Below are positions 1-6,796 of a stretch of DNA of 10,883 nucleotides, piece by piece. The first letter of the stretch is position 1. The number at the start of each line of letters is the position of its first letter. Source of the DNA: Polyangiales bacterium (GTDB taxonomy: Bacteria > Myxococcota_A > Polyangia > Polyangiales > Houyiibacteriaceae); the NCBI GenBank assembly GCA_045106895.1, contig JBGCFM010000214.1, forward strand, positions 1-10,883, in the 5' to 3' direction. Position numbers and translations under genes: made by a program. The notes below the pieces were generated by a model. That model had not been told where the DNA came from. It searched no databases and was given only the letters and a program-made list of their open reading frames with translations.

Positions 1-1628
1 ACGGCGTCGTCGACGTTCATGAAGACGTTTTCTTCGCCGATGCTCTTCCAGAGCCCCGACGCCTGCATCACGCGGGCGACGGGCATCTTTACGCTTGCGA
101 GGACGAAGCGAATATCGCGACTTTGATAGTCAGCGACGATCTCTTGAAGCGCGTCGTTGGCGCTGCTGTCGAGCTGGCTGACACTGCACGCCTCCAGAAC
201 GACGGCGCGGAGAGGCGCTTCCGACTCGCGCTCGTGCTGGCGCAGGAAGTCGCGCAGGAAGCTCACGTTGCCAAAGTAGAACTGCGCGTCGATGCGCACG
301 ATGAGGACGCCGGGCACGGGGGCCGCGTCGTCGTAGTTGAGCACATTGCGAAAGTCGCGGCTGTTGCCGACTCGGCCGAGCACTGCGGCGTGCGGCTGCG
401 TCGTTCGAAAGACAAAAAGAACGAGCGAAGCGACGACGCCCGCAAGGATCCCTCGTTCGATTCCGAGTCCGAGAGTTGCGGCGAAGGTCACAAGCAAGAG
501 CCACATGTCGGAGCGCTTGACGACGCGTAGGCGCCGAAACGCTTTGACGTCGATGAGGCCCAAGACGGCGCTGATGATGATGGCAGCGAGAGTCGCCGTG
601 GGGAGCGATTCGAAGAGGCCCGTCAGCAGGAGCAGCGTGAGCACGACCCAGATGGCCGTCACAAGAAGCGCTCGTGGACTGCTTGCTCCGGCTTGGGCGT
701 GCACCGCTGAACGCGAAAAGCTCGCGCTGATGGGGAAGCCTTGGCTTAGGCCCGCGACGAGGTTTGCGGCACCGGCGGCGCCGAGCTCACGGTTTGGAGA
801 GAGTTGATAGCCGCCACGGTTGGCGAAGGTCTGTGCGATGGAGATCATCGTCAGGTAGCCGACGAAGGCGATGGTGAGCGCGGTGGACGCGAGCTGCCGC
901 AGCGTATCGAAGGCTATCGGCGGAAGGGAGAGGGTGGGGAGCCCCGGAGGGACATCTCCGACGACATCGACGCCCATCGTTCCCCAGCCGAGGAGCGTGC
1001 TTAGGCCGATGGAGAGCGCGACGACGACGAGCGCGCGGGGAAACGATTTCTTCCAGCGTTTCAGGAGGACGAGGAGCGCGACGGACGTGAGCCCAATGGC
1101 CACGGTCAGGAGATGCGCGCCCCGAAGCTCCTGGCTGAGAAAGAGCCCATCGGAGAACACGTTCTCCTTTGGCGGCGCCGGTAGACCCAGTAGGTGATGC
1201 AGTTGGCTCACGGCGATGAGGATCGCCGCGGCGGAGGTGAAGCCACTGATCACGGGTCGGCTGAGGAAGTTCACCAGGAACCCGGCGCGACAGGCGCCGA
1301 GTGCGAGCTGAATGACGCCGACCATCAGCGCCAGAAGCGCAGCGTAGGCGGCGTGGTTACTGGCGTTGACGAACGCCAACGAACCGAGCGACGTGCCAAC
1401 GAGGAGCGTATCGAGGGCGCCGGGCCCGACGGCGAGCTCCCTCGAGCGACCGAAGATGGCGTAGACAACGAGGGGGAGGAGCGACGCGTAGAGGCCGTGA
1501 ATGGCGGGAAGGCCTGCGACGAGTGCGTACGCCATACCTTGAGGGATGATGACGACGGCGGTGGTCGTGCCGGCGCTGATATTGCGCAGAAGCTCTTGTC
1601 GTCGCGACGCCGGAGGGGAAGAAGTCAT
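1..1628 (-). CDS. sulP: SulP/SLC26 family anion transporter with C-terminal STAS domain (runs off the left edge, nearly complete)
   Basis: Not in the ORF track because there is no stop in the window. Manual translation from ATG 1628 gives MTSSPPASRRQELLRNISAGTTTAVVIIPQGMAYALVAGLPAIHGLYAS..FGRSRELAVGP..GFLVNFLSRPVISGFTSAAA..NREL..FSRSAV..VRIDAQFYFGN..LDSSA..GEENVFMNVDDA, in one continuous frame. These are classic SulP and STAS motifs. Confidence 0.95.
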   Translation of the reverse strand, partial: MTSSPPASRRQELLRNISAGTTTAVVIIPQGMAYALVAGLPAIHGLYASLLPLVVYAIFGRSRELAVGPGALDTLLVGTSLGSLAFVNASNHAAYAALLALMVGVIQLALGACRAGFLVNFLSRPVISGFTSAAAILIAVSQLHHLLGLPAPPKENVFSDGLFLSQELRGAHLLTVAIGLTSVALLVLLKRWKKSFPRALVVVALSIGLSTLLGWGTMGVDVVGDVPPGLPTLSLPPIAFDTLRQLASTALTIAFVGYLTMISIAQTFANRGGYQLSPNRELGAAGAANLVAGLSQGFPISASFSRSAVHAQAGASSPRALLVTAIWVVLTLLLLTGLFESLPTATLAAIIISAVLGLIDVKAFRRLRVVKRSDMWLLLVTFAATLGLGIERGILAGVVASLVLFVFRTTQPHAAVLGRVGNSRDFRNVLNYDDAAPVPGVLIVRIDAQFYFGNVSFLRDFLRQHERESEAPLRAVVLEACSVSQLDSSANDALQEIVADYQSRDIRFVLASVKMPVARVMQASGLWKSIGEENVFMNVDDA

Positions 1629-1644
1629 GGTCTGGCCGCAAGGC

Positions 1645-1672
1645 GATGTAGCGGCGAGTGAAGTGGACGCAA
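1645..1672 (-). promoter_or_regulatory. Putative sigma70-type promoter for sulP (TTGCGT-N16-TACATC)
   Basis: On the minus strand, TTGCGT (1672-1667), a 16-nt spacer and TACATC (1650-1645) lie 16 nt upstream of the ATG. The architecture is identical to the divergent motif. Prediction only. Confidence 0.45.
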
Positions 1673-1692
1673 GGCCATGGAGCCGACCCGCT

Positions 1693-1720
1693 TTGCGAGG
1701 GACCTGGAGCCTGCTAGATC
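1693..1720 (+). promoter_or_regulatory. Putative sigma70-type promoter for the parvulin gene (TTGCGA-N16-TAGATC, with TGn extension)
   Basis: TTGCGA at 1693-1698, a 16-nt spacer ending TGC, TAGATC at 1715-1720, and the ATG 7 nt later. Prediction only. Confidence 0.5.
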
Positions 1721-1727
1721 GCTGCCC

Positions 1728-2048
1728 ATGAGTGACACCGTCCAAGCATCCCACATTCTTCTCATGTACAAGGGCTCCTCGCGGTCCACGGCGACGCGTT
1801 CAATCGACGAAGCCGAGACGCTGATCAACGACCTCAAGGGTCAGCTCGATGGCGGCGCCAAGTTCGCGGATCTTGCCCAGGCCCACAGCGACTGCCCCTC
1901 CGGCAAGAGCGGCGGCGACCTTGGAAAGTTCGGTCGTGGTCAGATGGTCAAAGCCTTCGAGGAGACCGCCTTCGGCATGGAGGTCGGCGCCGTGAGCGAT
2001 GTTGTCGTGACGGACTTCGGCTTCCACATCATCACGCGTACGGCGTAG
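1728..2048 (+). CDS. Single-domain parvulin-type peptidyl-prolyl cis-trans isomerase (106 aa)
   Basis: Motifs ASHILL, FADLAQAHSDCPSGKSGGDLGKFGRGQMVKAFEETAF and TDFGFHII define a rotamase domain. The start is set at ATG 1728 (MSDTVQ), where the domain begins. No signal peptide. Confidence 0.95.
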   Translation: MSDTVQASHILLMYKGSSRSTATRSIDEAETLINDLKGQLDGGAKFADLAQAHSDCPSGKSGGDLGKFGRGQMVKAFEETAFGMEVGAVSDVVVTDFGFHIITRTA

Positions 2049-2054
2049 TAAGCG

Positions 2055-2075
2055 GGCGCGAAGCTATTTCGCGTC
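2055..2075. terminator. Hairpin at the convergent gene junction (possible terminator or 3' stabiliser)
   Basis: GGCGCGAA-GCTAT-TTCGCGTC forms an 8-bp stem with one G-U pair on the + transcript. There is no clear U-tract on either side. Confidence 0.3.
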
Positions 2076-2996
2076 GCCTTCGACAAGCCCCAGGCTCTCG
2101 GCGATGCCTTCGCTGCGGAGCCGGCTTGTGAGCGCATCGCGATCAACAGAGAAGGAGAAGCGCGCGGCTTCGAGGATTCGTTCTCGCCGGCGCTCTTCGT
2201 TTCGCAAGAAAGATGCGAGTTCGGGCGTATGACCTCGAACTTGAACGCCTCCTTGCCACTCGACGGGTACGCCCGACTCGGCGTGGGAGACGTAACCCCA
2301 GTCCACGGCCCAGCTCGCCGCGGCGAGGGATAGACGTTCCCGTGAGAGGAGCGCGTCCTCAAGGGCCAGGCAGTAGCCGCCGGCCTGGGCGTCTAGGTGG
2401 GACATCTCCTGTCGGTACATCACGGCGTTGTGAAAGTGCTCGCCCGTCGTGACGAGCCCGTCGAGCTTCAGGCGTTCGACGACGCGATAGAGCATCTCGA
2501 GGACCTGCGTGGCGAGGCCAAGACCCGGCGCATCTTGCCCAGGCAGTCGCGGGCGAGCCGCGGAAAAATGCGAGAGCGGGTCGCGCATCATGAGCCAATC
2601 GACGGTGAGCACTTCGAATGCTCGGTCGAGCCCCGGAAGCTCGCTTGGCACGAGGCGGCTCTTTCGCACCGCAAGCTCCATCACGCGAACCACTTCCGCG
2701 AGCTTCGGATGCTGAGCTTCAATGATGAGCGTGTGGCGGTCGTCGCGGAGCTCGAGGCGGTACTCCAGGTCGTCGTACCCGCGCTCTTGAAGGTACTCGA
2801 CGAAGCCATAGCGGCTCAGCGCGAGGGCGATGCCTTCGCTTCCGTAGAAGTCGAGGAAACGAGCTGGGCCGCGTCGCGCGGCTTGGTCGCCCACGAGGTC
2901 GTCACCGAGTGCGAAATCGTCCTGCGCCGTTTCCATAAGCTCGATGCGCCCAAGCTTCTGCGCGATGCGCCTGAACTTCTTTGCGTGTCGCGTCAT
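2064..2996 (-). CDS. Conserved hypothetical protein (310 aa), putative GNAT-fold acyl-CoA-binding protein
   Basis: Long, protein-like ORF whose ATG 2996 overlaps the menE stop (ATGA). It contains VLTVDWLMMRDP..F...RPRLPGQDAPGLGLATQVLEML..LKLDGL..HFHNAVMY. The CDS is well supported; the function is inferred. Confidence 0.85.
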   Translation of the reverse strand: MTRHAKKFRRIAQKLGRIELMETAQDDFALGDDLVGDQAARRGPARFLDFYGSEGIALALSRYGFVEYLQERGYDDLEYRLELRDDRHTLIIEAQHPKLAEVVRVMELAVRKSRLVPSELPGLDRAFEVLTVDWLMMRDPLSHFSAARPRLPGQDAPGLGLATQVLEMLYRVVERLKLDGLVTTGEHFHNAVMYRQEMSHLDAQAGGYCLALEDALLSRERLSLAAASWAVDWGYVSHAESGVPVEWQGGVQVRGHTPELASFLRNEERRRERILEAARFSFSVDRDALTSRLRSEGIAESLGLVEGDAK

Positions 2997-4327
2997 AGGG
3001 GGGTGGATTCCTCGAGCACTAGAGAACGGCACGTAGCGCGCTTGACCTTAGCAAGAGCCGTGGTGGGCAACGCATCGACCACGCGGATGAGTCTGGGCTT
3101 GGCGTAAGCGGGGAGCGCCGCAGCGTTCACCAGCGCTGGAAGTCGTGCACCGTCCTTGGGGACTGCCAGGAGAGCGACGACCTCGCCCCACTCCTCGCTT
3201 GGCACGCCCACCACACATACCGCCTCGAAGCCTCGCGTCGCCAGGAGCGCGCGTTCCACTTCGCTCGGGTCCACGTTCTCTCCGCCCGTGATGATGGTGT
3301 CGCCGGCTCGTCCCATCACTTCGAGGTGCCCATCGGCATCGAAGGCCGCGCGGTCTCCTGTGTGAAAGAACCCGTCCGCGTCAAAGCTGCTTCGGTCGAG
3401 TCCTGCGTCGCCCTCGTAACCGTCGAAGAGGCTGGGTCCTCGAAGCCAAAGCTCCCCGTCGCGAACTTGTCCTTCCAGTCCGTCGAGGAGCCTGCCGTTG
3501 CCCGGCTCGCCGGGGCGCGCCGTCGCCGCCTGCGCGCAGGTCTCTGTCATTCCGTAGGTCGGGTAGATGGGGTAGCCGTGCTCTAGAGCGCGCTCTCTGA
3601 GTTTGGCCGGGAGCCGAGCGCCGCCAACCAAGATGGCGCGAACAGAAGCGGGCAAACGAACACCAGCTTCGAGTAGCCGGTGTAGCTGCGTGGGAACCAG
3701 GGAGAGAAGCGTCACGCGCTCCATCGCGCACACCGTCGGGAGCGCTTTCGAGTTGTCACCGAGCACCACGGTGCGACCCGCCCGGAGGCAGCGAAGAAGA
3801 ACGGAGAGGCCACCGATGTGGGCCGGAGGCAGGAAGAGGCCCCAGCGGTCGCCGTCCTGCCAGCCAAGACGTTTTGCGCTCGCGTCCAGCGCCGCGGCGA
3901 CGGCGGAGCGCGAGAGCCGAACCCGTTTGGGCTCCCCGCTGGTCCCCGAGGTGAAGAGCACAGTGAATGTGTCTTCGCCGGCGACGGGCTGGGCGGGGCT
4001 CCCCTCGTATAGGAAGCGGGCGCCTGCGCTGCGCGCGCGTTGCTTCTGGTCACGCTCCGAGAGGGCCGGGTGAATCAGGACAAGGCATACGCGAAGTTCG
4101 ACGGCCGCCAGGAGAAGGCTGACGCTCTCGACGCTCGACTCCGGCACGATAGCGAGACGCTGACCGGGGCCAAAACCTGCGCCCGCGAGGCGCTCGCGCT
4201 CACGTTGGATCCGGCGATGAAGGCCGCCGTAGCTGACGCCCATCCCGCGGTGTGTCAGTGCCAGGGCGTCGGGCTTCACATCGCACCAGTGCGTGAAGTC
4301 CAACGTACCGAAGCGCTCGCCGTTCAT
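2993..4327 (-). CDS. menE: o-succinylbenzoate--CoA ligase (444 aa)
   Basis: Adenylate-forming motifs LFTSGTSGEPK, HIGGL, SLVPTQL, YGMTET, TGD and GR..DTIITGGENVDPSEVE, plus men operon context. ATG 4327 overlaps the menC stop and has GAGGGG upstream. Confidence 0.92.
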   Translation of the reverse strand: MNGERFGTLDFTHWCDVKPDALALTHRGMGVSYGGLHRRIQRERERLAGAGFGPGQRLAIVPESSVESVSLLLAAVELRVCLVLIHPALSERDQKQRARSAGARFLYEGSPAQPVAGEDTFTVLFTSGTSGEPKRVRLSRSAVAAALDASAKRLGWQDGDRWGLFLPPAHIGGLSVLLRCLRAGRTVVLGDNSKALPTVCAMERVTLLSLVPTQLHRLLEAGVRLPASVRAILVGGARLPAKLRERALEHGYPIYPTYGMTETCAQAATARPGEPGNGRLLDGLEGQVRDGELWLRGPSLFDGYEGDAGLDRSSFDADGFFHTGDRAAFDADGHLEVMGRAGDTIITGGENVDPSEVERALLATRGFEAVCVVGVPSEEWGEVVALLAVPKDGARLPALVNAAALPAYAKPRLIRVVDALPTTALAKVKRATCRSLVLEESTPL

Positions 4328-5211
4328 GTCCCCTCGTGCACTGGCCACCGATTGCCCTCCCAGGGCTCAAGCATGCCGTTTGCAGCGAGAGTGGTCGAGT
4401 GCCCGGCGTAGGCGTGCAACGCGGAGTGCCGGCCGAGTCCCTGGGCATAGCCAGGGCTCGCAAAGCGAAACGCAAAGCGCGCCGTGGCGGCGTAGGCCAG
4501 GGGACCACCAAAGAGGTGACTTAGGATGACCGGGGCGCCGTGTTTGGTTGCGACTTCACAGAGCGCGAGCGTCTTGGAGGGGCCGACGGCCATGGGCTTG
4601 ACGACGAGGACCTGAGCCCATCCCTTGCTGAGCGCTTCGCGCAGCCTCGCGACGCCGTCTGGCCCGTGCAGAGACTCGTCGAGGGCGATAGGAACGGGGC
4701 TTGGATGGAGTGTCGCGAGTCGCTCGTAGGGAACGGGTTCCTCCACGAACTCTGCGCCGAGGAGGGCGAGTCTTCCGAGTACCCGATCTGCGTCCGGACC
4801 AAGGGAGCCGTTCGCGTCGAAGCGAACCGGCCGAGTCTGTGTTTTGGCGAGCTCCATTTCCGCGTCGATGTCTCGACCGAGCTTGCACTTCCACGCTCCG
4901 CCTTGGGCTTGAGAATCAAGAGTCGCGAGGGACAGTGGAGGAGACGCTGGCGCGAAGGCTTCTCCGCGTAGCTCCAGCTGCGCCGCATGCCACGCGAACT
5001 CCGCCGCCGGTGGCAGCGCGCCTCCCGCTCGAAGCGCTCGTTCGCAGTCGTCCAAGGTCTCCATCGAGTAGCCCGGAAGGGGAGCCGCCTCGCCACGACC
5101 GATGCGCTCTCCGTCCCGGAGCTCGACGATGAGCGCCTCACGTTTTGTCCACGTGTGCTTCGCGTTCTGCGCGGAGAACGTTCCACTCACACGCTTGAGC
5201 GAGACCTTCAT
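4324..5211 (-). CDS. menC: o-succinylbenzoate synthase, enolase superfamily (295 aa)
   Basis: [12 protein letters not shown], KxK (KCK), DAN, EEP, DES and VVKP catalytic and metal-binding motifs, plus operon context. Confidence 0.9.
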   Translation of the reverse strand: MKVSLKRVSGTFSAQNAKHTWTKREALIVELRDGERIGRGEAAPLPGYSMETLDDCERALRAGGALPPAAEFAWHAAQLELRGEAFAPASPPLSLATLDSQAQGGAWKCKLGRDIDAEMELAKTQTRPVRFDANGSLGPDADRVLGRLALLGAEFVEEPVPYERLATLHPSPVPIALDESLHGPDGVARLREALSKGWAQVLVVKPMAVGPSKTLALCEVATKHGAPVILSHLFGGPLAYAATARFAFRFASPGYAQGLGRHSALHAYAGHSTTLAANGMLEPWEGNRWPVHEGT

Positions 5212-6095
5212 GAGAGGAGCGGAGCGAGGGAGAGGCCGAGCGCGAAGAGCCCGCCGTGAATGGTCATCAGCTTTGCGGAGCCTGCGAGGGTCGCGTTGAG
5301 CGGAGCTCCTTCAAGCTGGACGAGGTCCCGGCGGAGGGAAAACGCGAGGGGCAGCGTCAGCAAAGGCGCCAGGGGCGCGAAGCTCTTCAGGTGCCAGGCG
5401 AAAAACACCGGCACGACATAGGCGAGGAGCAACAGAAACGTGTACTGACCCACGCTGGGCCCTTTGCCGAAGCGCACTGCGAGCGTCCGTTTTCCAACTT
5501 TGACGTCGGTGTGCCGGTCGCGGACGTTGTTCACAACAAGAATGTTTGTCGCGAGTCCGCCGACGGGGAGCGCGGCGATGAAGGCTTCCATAGGAACGTC
5601 TCCCGTTTGCACGAAGACCGTTCCACCCACAGCGACGAAGCCGAAGAAGACCATGACGAAGACATCACCAAGCCCGTGGTACGCGAGGGGGAATGGACCT
5701 CCCGTATAGGCAATGCCGGACAGGATCGACAGGACGCCGATGGCGACGATGACGGGCCCCGCGACGTATACGAGGTAGAGCCCGAGGAGAGTGGCCAGGC
5801 CAAAGGCGACGAACATGCCAACGTAGAGCTGCCTCGGCGTGAGAAGACCTGCCTGCGCCGCGCGGACCGGGCCCACGCGCTCTTCCGTGTCAGCGCCTTT
5901 CTCAAAATCGAAGACGTCGTTGGCAAAGTTCGTCGCGATCTGAATCGCGCTCGCGCCGCCGAGCGCGGCGAGCGCCGGCCACAAACGAAAGCCTCCCGCG
6001 ATGTACGCGAGGGCGGTTCCGACGGCGACGGGAATGAACGCTGCGCTCAGGGTGGCGGGGCGGGCGGCGATCACCCAGGCGCGGAATTGGCTCAT
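5208..6095 (-). CDS. menA: 1,4-dihydroxy-2-naphthoate polyprenyltransferase (295 aa)
   Basis: Hydrophobic UbiA-family protein with [34 protein letters not shown] and [25 protein letters not shown] 6095 has AAGGA upstream and overlaps the menH stop. Confidence 0.95.
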   Translation of the reverse strand: MSQFRAWVIAARPATLSAAFIPVAVGTALAYIAGGFRLWPALAALGGASAIQIATNFANDVFDFEKGADTEERVGPVRAAQAGLLTPRQLYVGMFVAFGLATLLGLYLVYVAGPVIVAIGVLSILSGIAYTGGPFPLAYHGLGDVFVMVFFGFVAVGGTVFVQTGDVPMEAFIAALPVGGLATNILVVNNVRDRHTDVKVGKRTLAVRFGKGPSVGQYTFLLLLAYVVPVFFAWHLKSFAPLAPLLTLPLAFSLRRDLVQLEGAPLNATLAGSAKLMTIHGGLFALGLSLAPLLS

Positions 6096-6796
6096 GCTGC
6101 GATCCTTGCGATGAGGGAGGGGGCCCAAAGAAGTGCGTCGTGGCCCGCGTTTGGGACTACGTGGACCTTTGCGTCGCTGCGCGCGGCGATGTCGCCCGCG
6201 ATGCTCCGAAACTTCGTGTCGCGCTCACCAACGACGATGTGCGTGTTTCGTAGACCCTGCAGCTGCTCGGTATACGAAGGCATTTGACCGAGGCCCAAGA
6301 TTCGAAGGGCTGCCGCGAGGCCAGTCGCGCGATGAGCGAGTCGAATCGCGCGCCGCTCTGCGCGTACATCGGCGGGGAGGGTATCTTCGTCGAAGAGCGG
6401 GAGGGCCTGCCACGCGTCGATGAACGCGACGAGCCCGTCACGCTCGAGTTCCGTCGCTCGGACTTCATCTTCGCGCTTTCGGGTCTCGCGCTCGTCTTGG
6501 GTTTTAAGTCCTGGACTCACCCCAATCAGAATGAGCCGGTCAAAGCGTTCCGGGGCGAGCAAGGCCATCGCCAGCGCGAGACGCGACCCAAGCGAGTAGC
6601 CGACGCACACACGCGACGTGGTGTGCGCGAGGAGATACTGCGCCTCTTCTTCGAAGGTCGCGCTGCGCGTGAGGTTTGGTGCGCGACCGTGTCCAAGTAG
6701 CCATGGCGCTTCCCAGCCGCTTGCGTTGCCAAGTGCGCCCAAAAGCCTGTCGCCACTCTGGGGAGCGCCGGTGAAGCCGTGGAGAAAGAGCGTCAC
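6092..6796 (-). CDS. menH: SHCHC synthase, alpha/beta hydrolase fold (234 aa)
   Basis: HGFTG, GYSLG (Ser), GERD (Asp), AGH (His), and MenH-like RxxRxxxD and WxxxPLF. GTG 6796 overlaps the menD stop (GTGA). Confidence 0.88.
   Translation of the reverse strand: MTLFLHGFTGAPQSGDRLLGALGNASGWEAPWLLGHGRAPNLTRSATFEEEAQYLLAHTTSRVCVGYSLGSRLALAMALLAPERFDRLILIGVSPGLKTQDERETRKREDEVRATELERDGLVAFIDAWQALPLFDEDTLPADVRAERRAIRLAHRATGLAAALRILGLGQMPSYTEQLQGLRNTHIVVGERDTKFRSIAGDIAARSDAKVHVVPNAGHDALLWAPSLIARIAA

Noticed and set aside
123..1661. Series of plus-strand ORFs (123-530, 337-807, 804-1004, 871-1197, 1194-1661)
   Set aside because: All are antisense to the continuous sulP frame and have no family motifs.
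1677..1727. 17-aa upstream extension of the parvulin
   Set aside because: It is not signal-peptide-like, precedes the domain start and overlaps the putative promoter.
2397..3107. 236-aa plus-strand ORF (likewise 9972-10817 and 7654-8283)
   Set aside because: Antisense shadows of well-supported genes.
5256..6287. 343-aa plus-strand ORF
   Set aside because: Antisense to menA/menH; its charged composition simply mirrors hydrophobic codons on the coding strand.
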